Positions 27,984-34,917 of a stretch of 34,917 nucleotides of DNA are shown here, piece after piece; within the stretch, counting starts at the first letter, position 1, and each line of letters begins with the position of its first letter. Both the position numbers and the translations under genes were made by a program. The notes beneath the pieces were generated by a model. That model saw only the letters and a list, made by a program, of their open reading frames with translations, had not been told where the DNA came from and made no database searches. Source of the stretch: a virus (Duplodnaviria; Caudoviricetes); IMG/VR virus record IMGVR_UViG_3300032260_000011, positions 1 to 34,917 of that record; one strand, given 5' to 3'.

Positions 27984-29093
27984 ATGCAGGATTTAAACGA
28001 CAAAATAACAGGTAACACTTTAACGGCGGCAGAGTGGAACGAGCCACCATCAGAGATCCAAAATGTAATTGAAAATACAGGGCAAACGCTTTCAAGTGGG
28101 GATTTAAACCAGCTTGGAAAAGGGATAGCCATGTATGCCAGCAATGGTGATGCTTACACAGATACAGGTATAGCAGATGCTTATGTGTTGAGTGTAATCG
28201 GTAGTAAACAAGCGCCGCCAGATCTAGTTAATTTAATGAAATTCAGGTTCACGCCTGGAAATGATTGCACAGGTGCATGTACTGCTAATCCTGCTGGACT
28301 TGGTGTAACTAATATTAAATTGGCTGGCGGTACAGTTAACCCAGTGGCGGGTGACATATCAACCTCGGCAGATTGCGAATTGGTATATAAAACATCCCCA
28401 TCAACTCATTTAGAGTTAACAAACCCACAGGTTTCAGGCGGTCCACCCACTGTTCAAATATTTACATCAAATGGAACTTACAATAAGCCAGCCGGATTGA
28501 AAAAGGCTATTGTTGAAGTTATCGGTGCAGGTGGTGCAGGTGGCGGCGCATCAACCACAGGGGTAGGTGAAGCCTCGTCTGGTAGTGGTGGTGGTGGCGG
28601 CGGGTATTCTAGAGAGATGCTTTCAGCTTCTGCTATAGGGTCCAGTGAATCGGTTACCATTGGGGCCGGTGGCACCGGCGTGGTTGGTGGCAATGGTAAT
28701 GATGGAGCATCAAGTTCTTTTGGTTCATTGCTTTCTGCAACAGGCGGGACAGGTGGGCTAAGAGAGCTGGCATCAGCCGTTTTATCTGGTACAGAGGGAA
28801 GTATTGGCGGAAATGGTGTTGGTGGAGATGTAAATGTTCGAGGTAGTGGTGGTACGTTTAGCTTTCAGCAGGGTACAACTGACGTAACAAATCCAGTAGG
28901 TTATAGTGGCGCTGGAGGTAACTCAGTTCTTGGCGGCGGGGCCCCTTCTGAAAAAGCCACTACCACAAAAACTGGTGTGGATGGTGGTGATTACGGAGGC
29001 GGCGGAAGTGGTGGCGCAAACGCGGAGAGCCAAACCCAGGTAGCGGGTGGTGATGGTGCAGACGGTCTTATTATCGTAACGGAGTTCTATTGA
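27984..29093 (+). CDS. tail fibre protein with glycine-rich C-terminal domain
   Basis: N-terminal EIQNVIE...LNQL, IFTSNGTY, GGGGGG runs, GADGLIIVTEF. Confidence 0.8.
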   Translation: MQDLNDKITGNTLTAAEWNEPPSEIQNVIENTGQTLSSGDLNQLGKGIAMYASNGDAYTDTGIADAYVLSVIGSKQAPPDLVNLMKFRFTPGNDCTGACTANPAGLGVTNIKLAGGTVNPVAGDISTSADCELVYKTSPSTHLELTNPQVSGGPPTVQIFTSNGTYNKPAGLKKAIVEVIGAGGAGGGASTTGVGEASSGSGGGGGGYSREMLSASAIGSSESVTIGAGGTGVVGGNGNDGASSSFGSLLSATGGTGGLRELASAVLSGTEGSIGGNGVGGDVNVRGSGGTFSFQQGTTDVTNPVGYSGAGGNSVLGGGAPSEKATTTKTGVDGGDYGGGGSGGANAESQTQVAGGDGADGLIIVTEFY

Positions 29094-29094
29094 T

Positions 29095-29415
29095 ATGAAA
29101 GCTTTAATACATGCTGGCATGGTTAGGCAAATTGTTGAGGATGGCGAAGAGTTTCCAGTGCATCCAAAGTTAACTTGGGTTGATTGTGGTGCAGAAGTTA
29201 AAACAGGGTATAGCTATGATGGTGATCAATTTACAGCGCCAACTGTTGAGCCTGAACCTGAACAGCCAACCACTGATGAGCTGTATGACAGAGGAATGCG
29301 GAATAATAAGATTATTAAAGCACTTGTATTATGCATTAATGATGGATCTATTGTCCCAGGAGCTAATGCGACACCTGCGCAGCTGAAAGCAGCAATTAAG
29401 GGGAAAATGGAATAG
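29095..29415 (+). CDS. putative tail fibre assembly/accessory protein
   Basis: WVDC...V..GYSYDG..F..P motif after fibre gene. Confidence 0.65.
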   Translation: MKALIHAGMVRQIVEDGEEFPVHPKLTWVDCGAEVKTGYSYDGDQFTAPTVEPEPEQPTTDELYDRGMRNNKIIKALVLCINDGSIVPGANATPAQLKAAIKGKME

Positions 29416-29465
29416 GGAAAGGTCATTGTGAGGACCAGAAAAAGCAACTAATCCTCTAAAGCTGG

Positions 29466-29528
29466 TGCAGCCTATCATCCAACCCGTTAGGATTTAGGCT
29501 GCATAGTTATGCCTAGCCCTTGTTAGGT
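29466..29528 (+). repeat. attI-like array head site, copy 2 (includes TGCAGCCTA/TAGGCTGCA hairpin)
   Basis: 50/60 identity to 9273-9332; ends in GCCTAGC-CCTT-GTTAGGT. Confidence 0.65.
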
Positions 29529-29684
29529 GTCTAGTGCTGCCTTGCACCCAAGCAGCACTATTCGAAACAGGAGCGGCTTGTGCTTTGCCCAATTACCGAG
29601 GGTTTGCAAGCTCTGCCCCGTCATCTCTGAAACCTGGGAGAGGCTTTTAAGCCCATCCGCTTTGGCTTGTTCCGCTGCTGTCAT
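29523..29684 (-). CDS. cassette 5 ORF b: small HTH-like DNA-binding protein
   Basis: GLKSLSQVSEMTGQSLQTLGNW helix-turn-helix pattern; ATGA coupling to upstream ORF; stop in GTTA core. Confidence 0.7.
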   Translation of the reverse strand: MTAAEQAKADGLKSLSQVSEMTGQSLQTLGNWAKHKPLLFRIVLLGCKAALDT

Positions 29685-29848
29685 GTAACGTCCCTCATGT
29701 CCCAAACGGTTTCCTTCATATTTGTAACCCAGCAGGCAACAACATCAGTCCATTGCATTTTATTTTCTGCGAATTCAACAGCGGCTGCTTGACTCGGGAA
29801 AAATTTGGTTTCTTCGGTGTTCTCGGTAATCGTGGTTACATTAAACAT
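29681..29848 (-). CDS. cassette 5 ORF a: 55-aa hypothetical protein (not in ORF track)
   Basis: GGAG RBS; MFNVTTITENTEETKFFPSQAAAVEFAENKMQWTDVVACWVTNMKETVWDMRDVT*. Confidence 0.65.
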   Translation of the reverse strand: MFNVTTITENTEETKFFPSQAAAVEFAENKMQWTDVVACWVTNMKETVWDMRDVT

Positions 29849-29886
29849 TGACTTGCTCCGTTGGTGTTTGTCTTAACTTGTAAACA

Positions 29887-29933
29887 ATTATAGCAAACTA
29901 TTTGAAGGATGCAAGTATTATTTCAAACTATTT
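29887..29933 (-). promoter_or_regulatory. cassette-internal sigma70 promoter with repeated operator-like sites
   Basis: TTGCAT-16 nt-TATAAT with extended -10 TG; CAAACTATTT at 29894-29903 and 29924-29933. Confidence 0.65.
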
Positions 29934-29943
29934 TCAAAAAGAC

Positions 29944-30030
29944 ACCTAACAAAACAAATCAAGCAGACGGGTTAAAGCGCGGCGCTTTTAATAGGCATGG
30001 GTGCGCCGCAGCTTATTTGTAATGTTAGGC
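29944..30030 (+). repeat. attC-like site 5
   Basis: R'' ACCTAAC, L'' AATCAAGC then AGAC, L' GCTTATT, R' GTTAGGC. Confidence 0.85.
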
Positions 30031-30297
30031 TGCACGCCCATCGCGTATCTTTTCAGCATCTTCCTGGCTAAGTCCGTAGCCTATACACTCCATTGGATCA
30101 CGCTCCCGAACTGTAAGATATTCTGGAAGCTCATCAGGGAGGTTTTCACAATTCCAGAACCACCAGCAGTCTCCCATGCTTTGAGGCGTAGCATGCTGGT
30201 AGGTTATTCCTAGGTGCTTCATTACCTCTTGCGGGTGCTTACATCCGGTGTCATTAGATGTAGCTGAGGCAAATAAACAGTACGTTAAGTCTTTCAT
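30025..30297 (-). CDS. cassette 6 ORF: hypothetical protein (start 30297 preferred over 30333)
   Basis: AGGA RBS before ATG AAA GAC; HPQ..MKHLGITYQHATPQSMGDCWWFWNC; stop in R' of attC5. Confidence 0.7.
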   Translation of the reverse strand: MKDLTYCLFASATSNDTGCKHPQEVMKHLGITYQHATPQSMGDCWWFWNCENLPDELPEYLTVRERDPMECIGYGLSQEDAEKIRDGRAA

Positions 30298-30324
30298 ATC
30301 AAATCCTATGGTAAATTTTGTGAA

Positions 30325-30395
30325 GCCTAACAACGCGCTTCAACTCTGACACAAGCTTCGTTCCTCGCTTGTGCAGGTTAAGCGCCACGTTAGGC
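30325..30395 (+). repeat. attC-like site 6
   Basis: R'' GCCTAAC, L'' CTTCAACT then CTGAC, stem ACAAGC/GCTTGT, L' GGTTAAG, R' GTTAGGC; 71 bp. Confidence 0.9.
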
Positions 30396-31025
30396 GCTTA
30401 CCTGATCGCCGATTTCGCAGCAAAGCACCCTATCAATCCTGTTCCAATACGGTGGCCTCAATCGTACTTGTCTGTATCCGCTATCATCTGGTAAGTAGCG
30501 CATAGCCAAGCCATCTTTTACCAATGAGCAATCATTATCAGTCTCGGGATATTCAATGCTGATTATTTTCCCATAGCCGTAAGCTCTTTTTTTGCCAAGA
30601 TGCGTAAGCTCACGCAGTAATCTTTTACACTCCTTGCGGTTGCCGCTTGCGTAAGCAACAAGCCGTTGAGTCAATAGCAGAGGCATTGGTGTATTCCAGT
30701 CTCGATATTGGCCGTTTTTGAGATTAGGCGCTCCGGTTGATATGTCTGCTTTTCCTTGCCTAAACCGCTTGCGCCAAAACTGCAAGTCCTCGCCTTGATG
30801 ATCATCTGGAAACAGCGCTGAAGCAGCCCATACCCACTTGTCACCGATGTTCTTGCGCAACAACGGTAAAGGTACGTGATCTGGCCTATCATCTCTACCA
30901 AGCCCTTTATTGGCTCCTACCCTTGGAGCTAATACCCAGCTTAATAATGCATCAAGATGTAGCGGCTCATTTGGATCAATGTAAACGCCTGAACCATCGA
31001 GATTAAAAATTACTTTAAAATGCAC
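30390..31025 (-). CDS. csf3: type IV CRISPR-associated Csf3 (Cas5 family)
   Basis: LHLDALL, PLPL, WAASAL, LTHLGKKRAYGYG glycine loop, RPPYW. Confidence 0.85.
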   Translation of the reverse strand: MHFKVIFNLDGSGVYIDPNEPLHLDALLSWVLAPRVGANKGLGRDDRPDHVPLPLLRKNIGDKWVWAASALFPDDHQGEDLQFWRKRFRQGKADISTGAPNLKNGQYRDWNTPMPLLLTQRLVAYASGNRKECKRLLRELTHLGKKRAYGYGKIISIEYPETDNDCSLVKDGLAMRYLPDDSGYRQVRLRPPYWNRIDRVLCCEIGDQVSA

Positions 31026-31774
31026 TAGACCACCTCCTTATCTCTAAGCCTCGAATATTGCCTTGGATAATACATTTTCATGTGCTCCATATCGCCATGA
31101 GTCATCCCGCCCAACGTAGGTAATGCCCACGACAATCGTATATCTTCTGGTTGGAAAAACCTGTTTTTGAAATAGCACGGATTGATCTCAATATCATTGA
31201 GAACCATGTAGGCAAACACATCATCAGCATTCCAAATGCTTAATGGATTACACCTCATTACTCCGCTTTTCAATTTATATGTATGGCCACGCTTACATAG
31301 GTTTAATTTTCTAGCCCTACTTTCAGCCATCCGTAACCCAAGCATTACACCATTACAGCCAAGCTCAAGCCTGGCATCATCAAGCACAGATATAAAGCCA
31401 TCTTTAGTGAGTGAGTGAGATTGAGCACATAGATTGTCATGCCCAATATTGCACTTACAAGCCGCCTCCCAAATTGAAAAATCAGGCTCTACAAGAATAT
31501 AATCAAACCCATTGTTTTGTTTTATTCGCTCAGCGTATTCTCTTTTTTCCGGCCAATCGCAATCATCAAACTGTATTAGTATTGGTAGGCTATCATCTAT
31601 TGATCTAGCAAGATGAGTCATTGCCGTTGAATCTTTGCCTGTTGACCACGACAAGCAGTAATCATTGTCTTCAATCGCGGATGTTATTATCTGCTTTGCT
31701 TTACTTAGCTTTGCTTTAAAAGAGTAGCTTTTGGCGTGGAGTTTCCACTCCATTATTTTCATCTCTTTTTTCAT
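31025..31774 (-). CDS. cysH: CysH/PAPS-reductase-like (PP-loop) protein of type IV-B locus
   Basis: SWSTGKDS PP-loop, GLRMAES..R, CNPLSIWNADDVFAY. Confidence 0.85.
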   Translation of the reverse strand: MKKEMKIMEWKLHAKSYSFKAKLSKAKQIITSAIEDNDYCLSWSTGKDSTAMTHLARSIDDSLPILIQFDDCDWPEKREYAERIKQNNGFDYILVEPDFSIWEAACKCNIGHDNLCAQSHSLTKDGFISVLDDARLELGCNGVMLGLRMAESRARKLNLCKRGHTYKLKSGVMRCNPLSIWNADDVFAYMVLNDIEINPCYFKNRFFQPEDIRLSWALPTLGGMTHGDMEHMKMYYPRQYSRLRDKEVV

Positions 31775-32435
31775 TTTTCAATTCCTCTTGGCTAGGCAGC
31801 AGATAGCATAAAAACGCATACAATGAGCTATTAACTTTAGGCTTTGCCCATGCTTCAAACTCCATCCATTTTGACATCCCAACTTTACGCATTACAAAAG
31901 ATGGGCAATCTAGTGATTCCATTACTAATCTCCCAATGCCTAGCCTTAGTGCAGCATTTAAAACGCCCCACCAGTCAAGCACAAGATGTTCATCTGAGCA
32001 GTCCACTACTCTAGATTCAAATAGCCATTTATTTTGTCCTGGTGAATAGTTGATAGGCGCTCTCAATGCGCCATGTTTTTTATAGCTGGTGGTTGCATAG
32101 CCACACCATGGAGGCTTGTTTCCACCAGATAAAACAGACTCTCTCACCTGCACTCTGCTTAGTTTTTTAAACTCAGACTGAATGCATATCCAAGATGACA
32201 TCCTTTCCCATTTGTATTTGAGTGCAATGTAAGCATCTATGCTCACCATATTGCTGCTTGGTGCATTTAGCGTTTCGCCATCACAAAATGATTTACCAAA
32301 TAGCTTTTTTCTTGGCAAGCATTGCCCGTGTAATCCAGTAATTGCGCACACGCCATCAACCAGATCACCATCATAAGCGGGACGATCAAGGTCATCTCTT
32401 GACAGCCCTGAAGCAATCAAATTAACCGGGTGCAT
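31716..32435 (-). CDS. csf1: type IV Csf1 (Cas8-like large subunit)
   Basis: N-terminal GVCAITG...SFCD..S..V, PPW....TTSYKKH; lies between csf2 and cysH. Confidence 0.65.
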   Translation of the reverse strand: MHPVNLIASGLSRDDLDRPAYDGDLVDGVCAITGLHGQCLPRKKLFGKSFCDGETLNAPSSNMVSIDAYIALKYKWERMSSWICIQSEFKKLSRVQVRESVLSGGNKPPWCGYATTSYKKHGALRAPINYSPGQNKWLFESRVVDCSDEHLVLDWWGVLNAALRLGIGRLVMESLDCPSFVMRKVGMSKWMEFEAWAKPKVNSSLYAFLCYLLPSQEELKNEKRDENNGVETPRQKLLF

Positions 32436-33729
32436 TGATAGCACCTATCTCAATTAAGTAATCAATGATTGCCTGCTTATTATCGCCAAGATAATCAATA
32501 TAGGGCTTAGGGTCTGGCGCATCTTTAATGTCAATCGCCACTTTGCCAAGCCCACGTCTGTTTTCAGCCCCGAGCATACCGCGCTGTTGAAGCAATGCTA
32601 ATCCGCATCCAAGAGCAGATAACTCCAACTCTGAAGCGTGATTGTCGTAGTCAATACCCCCTGTCAGTCTCGCCCCAGACTTGATGCACTCAGTATTGGC
32701 AATCATGCCAGCATGAGCATCATCATCGCCTTTGCCCTCATAATCATCGCGGCGCGTGAGAAATTCCCACTCCATAAGTTGAGCGGCTGGCACTTGACCG
32801 CTACCCCACTCATGGCAGCACGGCCTTAAATCACCAGCTTGCATGCGTCCTGGCAATATCCTATTGCCCATTGCTGCACCCAATAACGACAACGCTGGCA
32901 ACATATCTCTCAACCGGCGTAGGCCATCTGTACGTAAAGCTCCATGCTTGCCTAGCTCCTTGTTAAGTCCATCCATTACCTTGCTTTGCTCCTCAAGCAC
33001 TCCGCCAGCGTAGAGCGCGTGAAAGAACCAGATATTTACTGGTGGGTTATCCTTGCGCGGAACTAGGCCGATTGATCTAAGCAGATGATCTGCCAGCAGA
33101 TCGCGCAGTTGACCGCGAACAGCATTACCGGCATAAAAAGGCAGGCTTAATATACGGCCTGTTTCGGTTATCGCTTGTCGTCTCCTGAACAGCGTGGCGT
33201 TGCCTGCTTTGGAGTCTGACCCATGCGCCAACGGTGATAGTAATTCAGCATTGATGCTGATCTTGTAAGTAGGTTGAGCCGTAATTGTGCTGTCATCAAC
33301 GCCATCAGCATCAATAGTTATCGATTCTACGGCCTCAATATAATCATCATCTTTTCTGAGGCCAGCTATCATCGCCACAATTCGTGGGTGATCTCTTATC
33401 CAGTTTAATACTGCGCCTGCATCATCTGCATTAACTGCGGCCATAAATGCCGCAGTCCGCTTGCCACCAACATACTCAATAGAGGCATCAACCGCCTTGC
33501 ATAAATGCTCTATCGCATCTATTAAAGTTGGTTGTGCAAAGCTTTGTACAATGCGATCAGCAAAAAACCCTTCAAAATGGCGGTTTACCTTCATGCTGGT
33601 GGCTGATTTTATGCTTCGCACCATGTCCAATACGCCCTGCAATGTACTGACATCGCGCCTAACAATAGGGTCAACCAGACCGCCTACAGCGGCGCGGGTT
33701 TCATTTTTTTTGGCTTCGTTCGTCATCAT
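32422..33729 (-). CDS. csf2: type IV Csf2 (Cas7) with N-terminal helical, probably Cas11-like, domain
   Basis: LSPLAHG, GNATLFRR, LPFYAGNAVRGQLRD, LYAGG, LSLLG...ILPGR, FLTRRDD, LGAENRRGLG; about 150 extra N-terminal residues. Confidence 0.88.
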   Translation of the reverse strand: MMTNEAKKNETRAAVGGLVDPIVRRDVSTLQGVLDMVRSIKSATSMKVNRHFEGFFADRIVQSFAQPTLIDAIEHLCKAVDASIEYVGGKRTAAFMAAVNADDAGAVLNWIRDHPRIVAMIAGLRKDDDYIEAVESITIDADGVDDSTITAQPTYKISINAELLSPLAHGSDSKAGNATLFRRRQAITETGRILSLPFYAGNAVRGQLRDLLADHLLRSIGLVPRKDNPPVNIWFFHALYAGGVLEEQSKVMDGLNKELGKHGALRTDGLRRLRDMLPALSLLGAAMGNRILPGRMQAGDLRPCCHEWGSGQVPAAQLMEWEFLTRRDDYEGKGDDDAHAGMIANTECIKSGARLTGGIDYDNHASELELSALGCGLALLQQRGMLGAENRRGLGKVAIDIKDAPDPKPYIDYLGDNKQAIIDYLIEIGAINAPG

Positions 33730-33784
33730 CTTTTCTCCAAGTTCATCTGTGTTTTACGGCGGCGGGTTACCCTTATCGTTACAC
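33657..33784 (+). repeat. attC-like site 7 (closes the type IV-B cassette; overlaps csf2 start)
   Basis: R'' GCCTAAC, spacer AATAG, L'' GGTCAACC then AGAC, stem CCGCC/GGCGG, L' GGTTACC, R' GTTACAC; GCGCCTAAC is the exact reverse complement of cassette start GTTAGGCGC (30389-30397). Confidence 0.82.
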
Positions 33785-34402
33785 ATACGGCCTAACGCCA
33801 TGCTCTCTTAAAATGGCTCTGTATCGTTTGATCTCTGACTCTATATCATGCCATGTGGGGAACCGCTCCTTAAGGTCTGGATGCTTTCCGTGAAGCCACT
33901 CAAGATGCTTTTCCCCATACTTCCTAGCAATATATTCAGCATGTTCTTTTGGTTTGCCAGAGTCATACAGATTGCACTTGACACACTGTTTGCTGATGTT
34001 GGTAAGCTCAAATCTAACATCTGGTCTTGCCCCTCTTGTTAGATAATGGCCAGCATCAAACGCGCCATCAATGTCGTATTTTCCGCACGTACAGCACCCT
34101 TTGTCTTTATCTCTAACGTGCAATACATACTGGTTGACTAGAGTCTGTAGTCTTTTGTACCACTCGTTTCTTGTCATAACCTCTTTCTTTCTGAGTCTTG
34201 TTTCTGCTTTCTTGGCCTTTATTTTCTTCTCACGCTTGATATCAGCTTTTCGAATTGCTCTTTCTTTTGTTTTTGCTGCTAATTCTTTTCCATGCTGCAC
34301 TCCGTGATCCCAGTCACAATACCAAGCAAGATTGATTTGCACCATAGTATCTATGGCCTTCTTCACTTTGCAGTACTTGCAGGTTTTCTCCTTAGCTGGC
34401 AT
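33779..34402 (-). CDS. ninG: NinG/Rap-like recombination endonuclease (start 34402 preferred over 34450)
   Basis: CKYCK, RDKDKGCCTCG, DAGHYLTRGARP..RF...NI.KQC..CN. Confidence 0.88.
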   Translation of the reverse strand: MPAKEKTCKYCKVKKAIDTMVQINLAWYCDWDHGVQHGKELAAKTKERAIRKADIKREKKIKAKKAETRLRKKEVMTRNEWYKRLQTLVNQYVLHVRDKDKGCCTCGKYDIDGAFDAGHYLTRGARPDVRFELTNISKQCVKCNLYDSGKPKEHAEYIARKYGEKHLEWLHGKHPDLKERFPTWHDIESEIKRYRAILREHGVRPYV

Positions 34403-34811
34403 TTTGTGTCTCTTTACACGGCCACGGTACATATATGCCATGTTCAGCAAGCTTTACATTTAAAGCGTCATAAATATCAGCGTACTCGTGTGTTTCTGGT
34501 TTTGTAGTTGAGTCCTTACCGGTAATGGCTTTTTGTATTGGCCTCCAGATGTGATCCTTTACAAGTTTTTCGTTAAATGGGACAGGATGGCCTTCTTTTA
34601 TGAATACCCTAAAATCAAAACCAGCATCATTGAGAGCCGCTGCTAGCATACTGCAAAACAAGTGCAGCGAGGAATTTTGTGTTAGTGTGCGCTGCTTTCC
34701 TGTTTTTGATGTTACACGCAAATATTTATGCTTATCAAACTGAGTATCTAAGTAAGCCTTGTAAGCATCCAAGCTCTGGCGGCTATTAATAATCTGCTCA
34801 CCTTTGCTCAT
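34392..34811 (-). CDS. NinB-like protein (start 34811 preferred over 34862)
   Basis: KQRTLTQN..LH motif, STTK; adjacent to ninG. Confidence 0.6.
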   Translation of the reverse strand: MSKGEQIINSRQSLDAYKAYLDTQFDKHKYLRVTSKTGKQRTLTQNSSLHLFCSMLAAALNDAGFDFRVFIKEGHPVPFNEKLVKDHIWRPIQKAITGKDSTTKPETHEYADIYDALNVKLAEHGIYVPWPCKETQNAS

Positions 34812-34897
34812 CAGAACCCTCCAGCAGAACCAGAATACAAAACCAACAAGAAATATACACACCCAGCCTGTAGTGCCTTAGCTAAACAATGGGTCAT
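34811..34897 (-). CDS. possible 28-aa peptide
   Basis: AAGGAGG RBS before ATG at 34897; TGATG coupling to next gene. Confidence 0.3.
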   Translation of the reverse strand: MTHCLAKALQAGCVYFLLVLYSGSAGGF

Positions 34898-34917
34898 TGA
34901 TAATTCCTCCTTAATAC

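Larger units (their letters stand above)
29466..33784 (+). mobile_element. integron-like cassette array 2 (attI-like site plus 3 cassettes incl. type IV-B module)
   Basis: attC-like sites at 29944, 30325 and 33657; cassettes 29523-30024, 30025-30389 and 30390-33778, each with complementary ends. Confidence 0.85.

Noticed and set aside
28500-29090. GGT/GGC-rich low-complexity repeats
   Set aside because: Explained by glycine-rich tail fibre coding
2618-29447. Numerous short antisense ORFs across the structural genes
   Set aside because: They overlap well-supported + strand genes and have no RBS or motif support
31025-31774. cysH as a sulfur-assimilation auxiliary metabolic gene or DndC
   Set aside because: Embedded between csf1 and csf3, with no other cys or dnd genes; context fits the IV-B-associated family
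33790-33805. GCCTAAC plus a 14-bp inverted match to the end of attC2, first considered as the border of the type IV-B cassette
   Set aside because: No L boxes or partner core nearby and it lies within ninG coding sequence; the full attC at 33657-33784 explains the border better
1-34917. Integron integrase, phage integrase, endolysin, tRNA or rRNA genes
   Set aside because: No tyrosine-recombinase, lysin or RNA gene signatures recognised in this window; they may lie outside it

Overview
Most of the window is the virion morphogenesis region of a tailed dsDNA phage or prophage on the + strand. It has terminase, an HK97-type portal, protease and capsid, head-tail joining genes, and a Mu-like contractile tail and baseplate. 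A nin-like region (ninG, ninB-like) lies on the - strand at the right end. Two integron-like gene cassette arrays are embedded in this backbone (9273-10930, between protease and capsid; 29466-33784, after the tail fibre genes). Together they contain 7 attC-like sites, and each array starts at a copy of a shared ~60 bp attI-like site. No integron integrase is present in the window. Every cassette ORF is inverted relative to its attC, and most use the TTA of the GTT core as a TAA stop. Some take their RBS and start codon from the attC itself. The largest cassette (30390-33778, 3389 bp) carries a complete array-less type IV-B CRISPR-Cas-like module: a Csf2/Cas7 with a probable Cas11-like N-terminal fusion, Csf1, a CysH/PAPS-reductase-like protein and Csf3/Cas5. 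All family calls come from motif recognition by eye, not from database searches.
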